Origin: an uncultured Chloroflexia bacterium
Lineage (GTDB): Bacteria > Chloroflexota > Chloroflexia > Thermomicrobiales > UBA6265
Direction: 5' to 3'
Assembly (NCBI GenBank): GCA_963741795.1
Contig: CAVUJM010000024.1
Location: forward strand, 1,657-65,656
DNA length: 64,000 bases
Positions within the stretch are counted from its first letter, which is position 1. Every line of letters starts with the position of its first letter. A program made the position numbers and the translations under genes. Below the pieces are notes generated by a model. That model saw only the letters and a list, made by a program, of their open reading frames with translations, ran no database searches and had not been told where the DNA came from. Positions 13,722-23,123 of this stretch are shown one piece after another.

Positions 13722-14480
13722 ATGACGATCCTGAACGCGTTCGACGACTCGTCGGAGGAGGTCATCCGCGCAAGCGGGTGGATCGACCCGATCGAAGGAT
13801 TCCCGGAGACAGTGATCGTCACCTACTCGCGGGTGAAGTTCGAGTACCTGATGCAGCACTACCCCGGCGAGCAGATCGCCGTGCTGAACACCGCCTGCGC
13901 GCCCATCCCGATCTACCGCATCGAGCATAACGGCAACGTGTATGCGGCCTACCTGTCCCTGATCGGGGCCCCGGCCGCCTGCGGCATCATGGAAGAGGTC
14001 ATCGCCTTCGGGGGGCGACGATTCCTCTTCTTCGGTTCGTGCGGGGTGCTGGACAAGGACATCCTCTCAGGCCATATCGCCGTGCCGACCCATGCCTACC
14101 GCGACGAGGGCACCAGCTATCACTACCTGCCCGCCGAGCCCTATATCGAGGTGCCGACCGCGTCACACCTGGCGTCGATCCTCGACGAGATCGACGTGCC
14201 ATATCACCTGACACGCGCCTGGACGACCGACGCTATCTACCGCGAGACGCGCGCAAACATGGAAAAGCGCCGCGCGGAGGGCTGCCGCGTGGTCGAGATG
14301 GAGTGCGCCGCGACGGTCGCCGTCGCGCAGTTCCGGGACGTGGAGTTCTACCAGTTCGTGTACGGTGCGGACAGCCTCGACGGTGACGAGTGGGACCCGC
14401 GCGACCTTTTCGAGAGCCATGATGAGATCGGCGGCGCGATCGTCGATGTCGCGATGCAGGTCGCCGCGCGCATCAGCTGA
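13722..14480 (+). CDS. nucleoside phosphorylase, PNP/UDP family 1 (uridine phosphorylase-like)
   Basis: 252-aa ORF with GAPAACGIMEEVIAFGGRRFLFFGSCGVL and VVEMECAATVAVAQ, typical of family-1 nucleoside phosphorylases. Confidence 0.75.
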   Translation: MTILNAFDDSSEEVIRASGWIDPIEGFPETVIVTYSRVKFEYLMQHYPGEQIAVLNTACAPIPIYRIEHNGNVYAAYLSLIGAPAACGIMEEVIAFGGRRFLFFGSCGVLDKDILSGHIAVPTHAYRDEGTSYHYLPAEPYIEVPTASHLASILDEIDVPYHLTRAWTTDAIYRETRANMEKRRAEGCRVVEMECAATVAVAQFRDVEFYQFVYGADSLDGDEWDPRDLFESHDEIGGAIVDVAMQVAARIS

Positions 14481-14572
14481 GCCACGTCGTTGTAGCGAAA
14501 GGCTCGCCCGTGTGAGTCTGAAGGACGAAAAGCGGAAGCGGCCCTTTCGCTTCTCGCACTCCGTGCTGGCCA

Positions 14573-14630
14573 GGGACTTTCGACCTCAGGGCTCGAAGTT
14601 CATTGCACCGTGGCTGGTCGAAATGTCCTC
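14573..14630. repeat. hairpin of the GGAC-TTTCGACC / GGTCGAAA-GTCC subfamily
   Basis: GGGACTTTCGACC (14573-14585) pairs with GGTCGAAATGTCCTC (14616-14630). Same stem sequence as 6154-6214. Lies between convergent genes, with GTAG at 14492 upstream. Confidence 0.5.
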
Positions 14631-14656
14631 CATGGCTGTCGGATAGTCCGTCCCGA

Positions 14657-15637
14657 TTACAGGTCGTTCCAGGAGAGGCCGCAGGTGGAGTCGATACCGT
14701 CCTCCTCGACCAACGTTTGCGAGCGGCCTACGATCTGGCCGCTGCGCACATCGACCTGGATCGCCTTCAACCGGAACTGCGATCCATCCAGCGCCAGGTA
14801 TGCGATCCAGTCACCATCCGGGGACCAGGTGGCATTGCTCGCCTGTTCTCCGGAGGTGAGCATCGTCACGCTCTCGTCCAACCTGTTGCAGAGACACAAA
14901 TCGCTCACACCGTTCTCATCGCGAACAGAGGCGACGATCCATTCGCCATCGCGCGAGATCGCGGGGTCATACGCCCCCTGTACACCCTCGATCATGGGAT
15001 ATGTCGTACCCATGTTGAGGTCGCGCATCGAGACGTATGTGGAACTTCCCGGCCCCCATCCGCCAACAAGCACCGTGTACACCGCATAGACGCCGTCGCT
15101 ATCCACCGACACGTGCTCGAGCGAGCCCTCCTCCATCCCGTCCCAGGCGGCCATGTAGGTTGTCTCTGCGTTCGGGTCGAGGATCCACAGCTGCATGTCA
15201 CCGGTCGACGAATCCTGGTTGCTGGCGTAGCAGACGATGCCAGAGCTGCTCCAGGAGGGGTCAATCGCAAGGACGCTGGTGGCGACGTAGTCAGGGCTCC
15301 CCTCTTCCCAGTCGCTTTCGTTGTCCGTCAGCCGACGGGTGCGGCCGGTGCCAGTGTTCGCCATGATGAGGTTGGAGTACGAGCCGCCGTCTCGCGCATA
15401 GAGCAGGTAGTCGCTCCCCGGCTGCCAGCTCGGGTCCATCGCCGCGCCGTCCTGGACGATCATGCGCACGCCATCATCGGACGACCACTGGTAGACGTTG
15501 CCGTCCTTGATGAAGGCGATCCGGCCCTCGGGCGCTCGGGACCCACGCTGCGCGAACGCCGGCCCGGCGTGCAGACGGGTCATCGCCGCGAGGCTGGTAG
15601 CTGAAGCGAGTCGCGTGAATCGACGACGATCCATCAT
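14657..15637 (-). CDS. secreted TolB-like beta-propeller (PD40/WD40-like repeat) protein with a Tat-type signal
   Basis: N-terminal MMDRRRFTRLASATSLAAM...AFAQ. Repeated motifs of the form PSWxPxGxxIxY (DPSWQPGSDYLLYA, DPSWSSSGIVCYA, DPAISRDGEWIVAS, NATWSPDGDWIAYL). The start overlaps the murE stop by 4 nt. Confidence 0.7.
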   Translation of the reverse strand: MMDRRRFTRLASATSLAAMTRLHAGPAFAQRGSRAPEGRIAFIKDGNVYQWSSDDGVRMIVQDGAAMDPSWQPGSDYLLYARDGGSYSNLIMANTGTGRTRRLTDNESDWEEGSPDYVATSVLAIDPSWSSSGIVCYASNQDSSTGDMQLWILDPNAETTYMAAWDGMEEGSLEHVSVDSDGVYAVYTVLVGGWGPGSSTYVSMRDLNMGTTYPMIEGVQGAYDPAISRDGEWIVASVRDENGVSDLCLCNRLDESVTMLTSGEQASNATWSPDGDWIAYLALDGSQFRLKAIQVDVRSGQIVGRSQTLVEEDGIDSTCGLSWNDL

Positions 15638-17163
15638 TCCGCCGCCTCCTGATAGCCCAGCGCGGAGAGCTCTTCGCGAGCCACGGCGGCCTCATCCCAC
15701 GGCCGATGCTCAAAGCCCCAGATGATACTCGTCTCATGGCCCTTGCCGGCCAGAACGACGCAATCACCGGGCTCGGCAAGGGCGAACGCTTTGCGGATCG
15801 CCTCGCGCCGGTCCGTGATGCAGTAGAGCGTCGCGCCGTCCACCGCACCCTTCTCCCGGGCGCCAACGGCGATATCCTCGATGATCGCGTCAGGGTCTTC
15901 GTTGCGCGGATCCTCGCTGGTCACGATCGTGACATCCGCGCGGTCGGCCATGACGGCCCCCTGCAACGGCCGCTTGAACGGATCACGCTCGCCGGCGCTG
16001 CCGGATACGACGATCACCCGGTGTCCGGGGTGCAGCCGGCGAAGCAGCGTGAGGATCTTGCCCAACGACTCCGGGGTATGAGCGTAGTCCACGACAACAT
16101 TGAACGGCTGTCCCTGCTGAATGCGGTTCATCCGGCCCGGAACGCCCTGCGCCTCGGCCAGGGCGTGTACGGACATAGCCATGCCGACGCCCACCGCGCG
16201 GGCTGTGCCGATCGCGCAGAGCGCATTCGAAACGTTGAATTCTCCCAGCATCGGCACGGAAACAGGACGTCGCTCTCCGTCGGCGAGGAGCGTGAATCGC
16301 ACCCCGTTGTCGTCCGCAACAACCGTATCCGCGTACAGGTCGGCGGCCGGGTTCTCCATGCTGAACCAGGTGATGCGGTCCTCGCTGGTGTAGTCCGCCA
16401 TCGACCGTGCGCCCTCATCATCAGCGTTCAACACGACAACACCATTCGCGGCATCGACGCGCTCGACGAGGATCGCCTTCGCCCGGCGATAGTTCTCGAT
16501 CGTCTTGTGGTATTCGAGGTGCTCGTGCGTAATGTTCGTGACGCCGGCGACCGCGAACTGCGCCCCGTCCAGACGGTGCATGGCGAGGCCGTGCGACGTC
16601 GCTTCGAGCACGGCGTGCGTCGTGCCGTGCTCGACCATCTCGCGCAGGTATCCCTGCAGGAGGTTCGACTCAGGGGTCGTCTGGTGCGGGAGGTGATGGC
16701 TCGTGCCGTCGCCGATCTCAATGCCAACCGTGCCGATGACACCGGTCTGGTGTCCGGCAGCCTGGAGGATCTGGCGAACGAGATAGCTCGTCGTTGTCTT
16801 GCCGTCGGTGCCAGTGAGCCCGATCAGGGTGAGCTCCCGGCTCGGGTGGCCGTAGAACTCGGCGGAGACGACCGCAAGCGCAGCGCGACTGTTCTCGACG
16901 ACGAGTCCATTGCCAGCTATCGGCTCCTCCGCCAGCACCGCGCTCGCTCCCTGCGCCAGGGCCGCGTCGATGTAGCGATGGCCGTCAAAGTCGCTTCCCC
17001 GCAGCGCGGCGAAGAGCATCCCCTCACCGGCGAGGCGCGAATCGTAGGTGATCCCGGTGATGACGGTCTCCGGATCGCCCGACAGCCAGGCGCCGGGAAC
17101 GTGACGCGCCAGCTCGCCGAGGGTGATGGATCGCGGCGCGGTCCGCGGAAGCCCGTTGGTCAT
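15634..17163 (-). CDS. murE: UDP-N-acetylmuramoyl-L-alanyl-D-glutamate--diamino acid ligase (MurE); substrate not assignable
   Basis: 509-aa ORF with LIGLTGTDGKTTTSYL (P-loop), ATSHGL, NADDEG, DYAHTP. The C-terminal specificity motif reads EDPR (TSEDPRNEDP) where DAP-type enzymes have DNPR. Confidence 0.9.
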   Translation of the reverse strand: MTNGLPRTAPRSITLGELARHVPGAWLSGDPETVITGITYDSRLAGEGMLFAALRGSDFDGHRYIDAALAQGASAVLAEEPIAGNGLVVENSRAALAVVSAEFYGHPSRELTLIGLTGTDGKTTTSYLVRQILQAAGHQTGVIGTVGIEIGDGTSHHLPHQTTPESNLLQGYLREMVEHGTTHAVLEATSHGLAMHRLDGAQFAVAGVTNITHEHLEYHKTIENYRRAKAILVERVDAANGVVVLNADDEGARSMADYTSEDRITWFSMENPAADLYADTVVADDNGVRFTLLADGERRPVSVPMLGEFNVSNALCAIGTARAVGVGMAMSVHALAEAQGVPGRMNRIQQGQPFNVVVDYAHTPESLGKILTLLRRLHPGHRVIVVSGSAGERDPFKRPLQGAVMADRADVTIVTSEDPRNEDPDAIIEDIAVGAREKGAVDGATLYCITDRREAIRKAFALAEPGDCVVLAGKGHETSIIWGFEHRPWDEAAVAREELSALGYQEAAE

Positions 17164-17166
17164 GCG

Positions 17167-18276
17167 CTATCCCTGGATAATGCCCGTCGCGCGCGCAAGC
17201 CACGGCAGCACGGGCACATAGCGGCGCTCCAGCGTGTCCGGGTAGGACACGATGTCGCCGCCGAAGCCGGTCTTGAAGCGGTAGATGCCGCGCCAGTCGT
17301 CGCCTTTCGTGCCGGCGAGCGAGGCGTTGTCGTCGCCGCGCAGCGACTCCGGGTCATGCTTCGGGATACCCCAGAGGTCATACGACGAGCAGCCGCGCTC
17401 ACGCGCCCACTTCATGGCCTCGAACTGGAGCAGGAACGACGCGCCATGCCCGCGGTGCTCGGTCGATGACGCGCCATACATGTACGCGGCCTCGTTGCCG
17501 AACGCCGCCGCCATGATCACGGACGATAAATGTCCGTCCCACGAGGCGAACATGAACAGGGCCTCGTCGCCGAAGATGCGCATGAAATCCGCGTAATAGG
17601 CGTGCGAGTGGATCGCGAACTCATTGCGATCAGCTGTATCGCGCATCAACGTGTAGAACTGGTCGAGCGCGGCCGCATCGTCCGGTGCCTTCTGCTCGAT
17701 CTCGACCCCACGGCGCATCGCCAAACGCACGCTGTAGCGCGTCTTGGAATGCATCCGTTTGAGCATGGTCTCGTCATCGTCGAGCGGCATCTTCACCGTG
17801 CGCTCCGGTTGCAGGTGGTCCGGTCCGGGCACGACACGCGCATTGCCATAGGTGCCTGTCAGGCCGAGCGGCTTGTCCGGCTCGATGATGACGGAGATCG
17901 CACGATGACGCCTGGCCGCGCGGTCGATCTCGGCGCGCAGCTCCGGCCAGACCTTGTCGGCGTTCCCGGTCATCAGCGGCCCGCGGGGGATATATCCCAC
18001 GCTAATCGGTCCCTTGGTACGGAACAGGATCTGGGCGTAGCCGTCGCCGTCGGCGCCATGAACGCTCACGCGCTCCGGCTGCCAGCCATGCATCGACTTG
18101 AACTCGCCCCACTGCCACGACTGGAGGAGGTGGCCACCGTTCGCGAGCAGCGCGGCATTCCACTGCTCCTGCGGTGTCGTCACCCCGGCAGCATGCTTGT
18201 CTGGATTGATCTGGACGGAAATGACACGGCTCCTTTCGGGCGTGCGGGGCGTCTCGCTAGACGTCGTCTTCGTCAT
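17167..18276 (-). CDS. FemAB-family peptidoglycan interpeptide-bridge aminoacyltransferase (lipid II:glycine glycyltransferase-like)
   Basis: HLLQSWQWGEFKSMHGW, MHSKTRYSVRLAMRRG, AAFGNEAAYMYGASSTEHRGHGASFLLQFEAMKWARERGCSSYDLWGI, YRFKTGFGG. Start is uncertain: ATG 18276 overlaps the upstream gene, while a strong AAGGAG lies 7 nt before in-frame ATT 18222, and in-frame GTG 18183 is also possible. Confidence 0.85.
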   Translation of the reverse strand: MTKTTSSETPRTPERSRVISVQINPDKHAAGVTTPQEQWNAALLANGGHLLQSWQWGEFKSMHGWQPERVSVHGADGDGYAQILFRTKGPISVGYIPRGPLMTGNADKVWPELRAEIDRAARRHRAISVIIEPDKPLGLTGTYGNARVVPGPDHLQPERTVKMPLDDDETMLKRMHSKTRYSVRLAMRRGVEIEQKAPDDAAALDQFYTLMRDTADRNEFAIHSHAYYADFMRIFGDEALFMFASWDGHLSSVIMAAAFGNEAAYMYGASSTEHRGHGASFLLQFEAMKWARERGCSSYDLWGIPKHDPESLRGDDNASLAGTKGDDWRGIYRFKTGFGGDIVSYPDTLERRYVPVLPWLARATGIIQG

Positions 18277-19354
18277 CGAGCATGGGATCGTAGACGAAGA
18301 AGTCGTCACCGGCACCCTCGTCGATGGCGAGGAACTCCTCCACCTCGGCGATGGCCAGGTCAACGGCCTCCAGTTCATCATCGCTCACATACTCGCGGAG
18401 CGTGTTCAGGTTGTGAAGGGCGGCACGGCTCCCGATCTCGCCCAGGCCAGCGATGGCCTCGAGCCGAACCGGCATCTCCTGGTCTTCCCGCGCCACTTGC
18501 GTGAGCATCGGCACAACGCTCTCGTCACCGTACTGCGACAGCGACTGCACGGCGGCCTGACGCTCATCGACATCGGTGCTGCGGAGCATGCCTTCGAGCA
18601 GGCCGATCCACTCTGGAGCGCTCGCCTGCCCCATCGCCTTCAGGGCGCCAAGACGAAGATCCGGATCGCCGGAATCGAACGCCGCGGCGATCGTCTCGCG
18701 CACCTTCGGCGTCTCCGAATCGGCCGACACGCTGACCAGCGCCGCCGCTCGGAGGCGCGGGCTCAGGGACGTGTCGTTGAACAAGCCCAGCAGCGCCTTA
18801 CGCAGCCGCTGCTGGTCCTTCGGCTCGAGCATGTCGAAGTCGGCCATCGTCGTGAACGAGGCCAGCGCCTCGATCGCCGCCTGGCGCGCATCCTGATCCT
18901 CGTCGCCCTGCGCCATCGCGATCAGTGGATCGATCAACGCCGGGTCGTCGTACGGTTCCAGGCTCGCCGCCGCGACCTGCCGCACCGCCGCCGAGGCATC
19001 GTCGAGCAGCACGCGGAAGAAACGCATGAAATCGAGCCGGACATCCGCCATCCCGAGCGCCGCGACGTGCTCGGCGATCGTGCGCCGCGCCTCGGCATCG
19101 TCGATACCGTTCCAGACACGACGCAGCTCGTGGACGTCCTTGCGCGTGATGTCGGTGAAGCCCGTGAGGACCGCAGGCTCCAGCGAGTCTTCCTGGATGG
19201 CGTCAATCGCCTCCCCGAAGCTCGCGTAGCTCACCTCCTCGAGGTCGGCGTAGGCCGCTTCCTTGGGGTCGGCATCGACGGGGAGCTCATCCTCCCCGTC
19301 GATCCGGTACATGCCCAGGTTAACGTCGTCGTGCGAATCAGGATTCGCTGGCAT
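18257..19354 (-). CDS. HEAT-repeat (PBS-lyase HEAT-like) protein, acidic, function unknown
   Basis: 365-aa ORF with repeated D..VR..A..AL helix pairs: DASAAVRQVAAASLEPY, DQDARQAAIEALASF, DPDLRLGALKAMGQ, DVDERQAAVQSLSQYG, EMPVRLEAIAGLGEIG. Acidic tail DDEDDV. Overlaps the upstream gene by 17 nt. Confidence 0.7.
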   Translation of the reverse strand: MPANPDSHDDVNLGMYRIDGEDELPVDADPKEAAYADLEEVSYASFGEAIDAIQEDSLEPAVLTGFTDITRKDVHELRRVWNGIDDAEARRTIAEHVAALGMADVRLDFMRFFRVLLDDASAAVRQVAAASLEPYDDPALIDPLIAMAQGDEDQDARQAAIEALASFTTMADFDMLEPKDQQRLRKALLGLFNDTSLSPRLRAAALVSVSADSETPKVRETIAAAFDSGDPDLRLGALKAMGQASAPEWIGLLEGMLRSTDVDERQAAVQSLSQYGDESVVPMLTQVAREDQEMPVRLEAIAGLGEIGSRAALHNLNTLREYVSDDELEAVDLAIAEVEEFLAIDEGAGDDFFVYDPMLDDEDDV

Positions 19355-21237
19355 AGGTGTATCCGTTCGCGTCGTCGCCGGTCACGCCCGCGTGCGACTC
19401 GAGCACCTCGCGCAGCATCTCGGCCGTGAACGGGCGCTCGATGTTGACCGCCGCGAGCAGGTCCTCGAAGGAGGCCAGCTTGCCGCCGTTGCCATCGTCC
19501 ATGCCGACGCGCTCGAAGGTCGCCTCGACGACGGACTCGTTGCGGCGGCGGACCTTGTCGGCCAGCGGCTTCTCACCGGCGAGCGACGGGAAGCGATCCT
19601 CGGACAGCATCCAGGCGTCGTCGGTGGCGCAGGAGAACGTGGTTGGGCGGAAGTGGTAGCGCGGCGAGCGCTTGTCGTCCAGCTCCAGCAGGCGGTTGCT
19701 CTGCTCCCCGACGTCGAGGAACTCGACCTTGTAGTGACCGTCGTTCTCCGTCGCGCTGATCGTGATGATCGCGCCCGGGACGAGCGTGTCGAAGTAGAAA
19801 TCGTCCAGCCCGAGGAAGAACCCGCCACGGTTCGGCGTCGGGTAGCGCAGCTCGACCAGGTAGGTCGTGTAGGTCTGCGGGATCTCGAACGTGAAGACGG
19901 CGCTGCGCTGGCCCTCGGCGAGGGGGGCCGGCACCAGCTGCTGCATCGACTCGTCGTACGGCAGAAGGCCGTGGATGAACTCGTAGAACGTCACGACATG
20001 GTCGACCGACGTCACCGAGCGGTGATCGACGGTCTCGTGGACCGCCGAATCCGCCAGGAAGCGGTAGTCGGTCCCGATGTCGTTCGGCTTGCGCAGCATC
20101 GTGCCGATCGGCGGCAGGTTCGTCGTCGCCCAGAAGCGCTGCTGGTTCGTCCCGACGAACTCGAAGTCGCGCTCCTTCGAGAGGCGGAAGTTCATCGCAA
20201 AGACGGCGGACTTGTAATCCGGGTTGTTCGGGCGAACACCGAGGATGTCCTGGACGAGGGTCTCGTCCGTGAGCGGCTGCTCCTGCTCCTCGATGTAGTC
20301 CTTGATGCGGCGAAGCTCGCCGCGCGACAGGCGATGCACGCGATCGTCGTTCGACCACTGGTCACCGAAATGGGCGACGTGCGGGAGCGACTGCATCGCG
20401 TTGGTGACCGCTGCCGCGACCGCATCATCGTCGTAGCCGGAGATATCCGTGAGCGGAGCCTCCTGCACGGCCGATGCCGGAGCAGGCGCGGGCGCCTCCT
20501 CGACGACAGGCTCTGGCTCTGGCTCCTGGACGGCCGGCTCCGGTGCCACTTCGGCTTCGACAACCGCGGGCTCTTCGACAACCGGCTCTGGCGCCTCTTC
20601 CACCACAGGCGCTGGCTCGGCGGCAACCTCGGCGACCGGCTCCGGCGCGGCCTCAGTCTCGACCACCGGGGCTTCCACCACCGGCTCCTCGACGGTCTCC
20701 GGCGCGACGGCAACCGGGGCGGGAGCCTCCTCAACCTCGGCGAGAGGCTCGGAGAGGGTGAGCTCCTCGGCTTCGGCCTCCTCGAGCTCTTCTTCCTCCT
20801 CGTCCTCGAGCCCGGCAACGGAGAACGTCGCCCACGAGGGATCGACGCGCACGCGCTCGCGAACCGGCATCGCCGGCTTCTCCGGCTTCGGCTCCGGCGT
20901 CATCAGGCGCTCGGCGAACGAGTGGGCCAGCCCATCGTCCACCGGATCCGGGCACGCGGCCGATGCGCGTGGTGACGATCAGCTCCTCGCCATCCTCGTT
21001 GGTCTCGACCGCGAACACTTCCGCGTTCGCGCCGAGGGCGGCGTCGATGTCGCCGGCGCCAATGCCGTCGCTCTCCTGCAGGAAGGCAACGAGGTCAGCC
21101 TTGCGGACGCGGATCGGCGCGTCGTCGGACATGAACATGCCACGCGCGCGGAGGATCAGGAACATCCGGTTTGCGGCGTCCTGGGCCCCCTTCGAGCCGG
21201 AGAAGATCAACTCCGGCATGCCGGTTTCGGTACTCAT
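19338..21237 (-). pseudogene. large uncharacterised protein (about 630 aa) with an acidic P/E/V/A-rich linker; frame shift near 20950, probable assembly error
   Basis: ORF 20731-21237 (MSTETGMPELIFSGSK...EELIVTTRIGR) runs into ORF 19338-20942 (DDGLAHSFAERLMTPEP...) in the adjacent frame, and beyond the junction ORF 20731-21237 reads only R/G/A-rich sequence. AGGAG lies 13 nt upstream of ATG 21237. I recognise no family. Confidence 0.6.
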
Positions 21238-21317
21238 AGAGGATGGTGCTCCTGTCGTGAGAAGGTGTCGGCGTCAGCGCGCATCGCGATAGGGCGGCGC
21301 GGACTGCGTGTCAGCGA

Positions 21318-21452
21318 TTAGCGGCCCGAGCGCTCGCGCAGCGCCTCGACCAACTCCGCCGTGGTTTTCGGCGAAGTGGCGTTGCGCAGCAGCGTCAGCA
21401 GATAGGCGATGTCCGCATCGTTCAATTGCAAGGTATCCGTCTGCTCGGCCAT
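21318..21452 (-). CDS. small hypothetical protein (44 aa)
   Basis: MAEQTDTLQLNDADIAYLLTLLRNATSPKTTAELVEALRERSGR. GAGGAG lies 8 nt upstream of ATG 21452. Same strand as the large hypothetical gene, 80 nt upstream of it. Coding status is not proven. Confidence 0.4.
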   Translation of the reverse strand: MAEQTDTLQLNDADIAYLLTLLRNATSPKTTAELVEALRERSGR

Positions 21453-21636
21453 CGGGGCGCTCCTCGGGGGTGTCATCATGCGTTTCTGGTTCCGGGCACG
21501 GCAAGAAGAGTGACGCCCGGCATCACAACGGGAAAGTATAGACCATGTCGACAGGCGCCCGCCTTTGCGGCACGATATCGGCACCTGCCCGGCCACCCGG
21601 GCGACGATCGGGACCACCATCACTCCAGGACATCGC

Positions 21637-22862
21637 ATGACGACCAGCTCGACCCGGGCCATCCTTGGTAATCGGCCCTTGATGACCCTCGCCTCCGGCC
21701 ACTTCACGGTCGATATGTACTCCGGGCTGCTCCCGGTGCTGTACCCGGTGCTGACGGACCGGTTCGAGCTCGACCTGACGACGGTCGGCCTGGTCGCGCT
21801 CGCCTACTCCGGCGCCTCCTCCCTCTCCCAGCCGATTTTCGGCTGGCTCGCCGACCGCTACGGCACGCGCTACACGGGGTTCGCCCTGGCGTGGTCAGCC
21901 GTCCTCTTCGCGACAATCGGCTTCGCGCCCAGCTTCGGCGTGCTGCTCTTCCTCGCCGCGCTGGCCGGTCTCGGTTCGGGCGCATTCCATCCGTTCGGAG
22001 CGCTCAACGCCAACGCCGTGATCGGCAGTGAGCACCGCAACAAGGCGATGTCCGCCTACGTCACGGGCGGCATGCTCGGGAACTCGCTCGGACCGATCAT
22101 CGGCGTCATCCTCTTCGGCGTCTTCGGCATGCGCGGCACGGCAGTCATGCTGATCCCCGGCCTGACGATCGCGCTCTTCCTTTTCCTGGCGATGAAGAAC
22201 ATCTCGGTCGCTGGCTCGCGCGGCCGCACGTCGGTCGACGCACCGGTCGCCCAGGCGGTTCCCTGGCTGCTCATCGGCATCATCGTCGCCGTGATGATGC
22301 TCCGCATGTTCCCGACGATCGGGCTGCAGAACTTTATTCCGCTCTGGTACAACCAGATGGGATATGACGCCTCGTTCTACGGCCCGCTCTCCAGCACCCT
22401 CATGTTCGCGATGGCCTTTGGCACCATCGGCGCCGGCACGCTCGCCGACCGTACGGCACCCGCGCGGTCATCCTGGGGAGTCTCCTGCTCAGCATCCCCG
22501 CCGTCTGGGGGCTGGCCGAGTTCCCCGGCAAGGCCGGGTTCCTCTTCGCCGGGGCGATCGGCTTTCTCGCCGCGTCGACCTCCCCGCTCTTGCTGGTCAT
22601 GACCCAGCGGCTGATGGTCGGCAGGGCGGGCGTTGCTTCCGGTTTCATCCTCGGCCTCGGATTCGTCGCCGGGGCGATCGGCTCACCGGTGTTCGGCGCG
22701 CTGGGCGACGCCTTCGGCATGCAAAACGCCGTGCGCTCGCAGATGCTCGTCCTGGCCATCGCCGTCGTGGCCGCCTGGTTCCTCCCCAGCGAGCAACGGA
22801 TGCAAGAGATCCAGCAGGAGCGCGAGTTCAGCCCCGCCGCCACGGCACCCGCCCGAACCTGA
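21637..22862 (+). pseudogene. MFS transporter; frame shift near 22453, probable assembly error
   Basis: ORF 21565-22602 (GWLADRYGTRYTG, multiple TM helices) loses its hydrophobic character after ...GTLADR. The continuation YGTRAVILGSLLLSIPAVWG...LLVMTQRLMVGRAGVASGFILGLGFVAG is in the frame of ORF 22590-22862. Confidence 0.8.
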
Positions 22863-23123
22863 GTCGCAAGCAACATCCGGTGTAGCAATTCGTGCCGGTT
22901 GCCCGTTATGATGCGACCACGACCACGCAACAACGTCCATTCCGCGCGGCAGCCGCACTGTCGCGCCGGCTCTCGGCCTGCAACCGTTGCGTGACCGCAC
23001 CGTGTCGGAAGGAGGACAGCCACTGACGAACGGCGTATGGCTCGCGCACCGGTCTCGACCGGGCGCGTTCCGGGACCCCGCATCGCTTCCCATCACGATC
23101 GATACGCATCAGGAGGTTCACTC

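Noticed and set aside
11681-13822. Very long antisense or alternative-frame ORFs in the track. Examples: 713 aa opposite aspS; 579-1499 and 1987-3123 (minus); 50273-52351 (minus) opposite the ABC-F gene; 54647-56218 (plus) opposite glyQS; 34830-36098 (minus); 42718-44556 (minus).
   Set aside because: Each lies opposite, or out of frame with, a gene carrying unmistakable family motifs. Their translations are R/A/G/D/V/L-rich low-complexity strings with no motifs. High GC suppresses stop codons in all frames, so these are shadow ORFs.
20447-20810. Quasi-repetitive DNA (GAGCCGG/ACCGGCTC-like units) as a tandem repeat or satellite.
   Set aside because: It is the coding sequence of an acidic P/E/V/A low-complexity linker inside the large hypothetical protein. 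The repeats are imperfect and are explained at the codon level.
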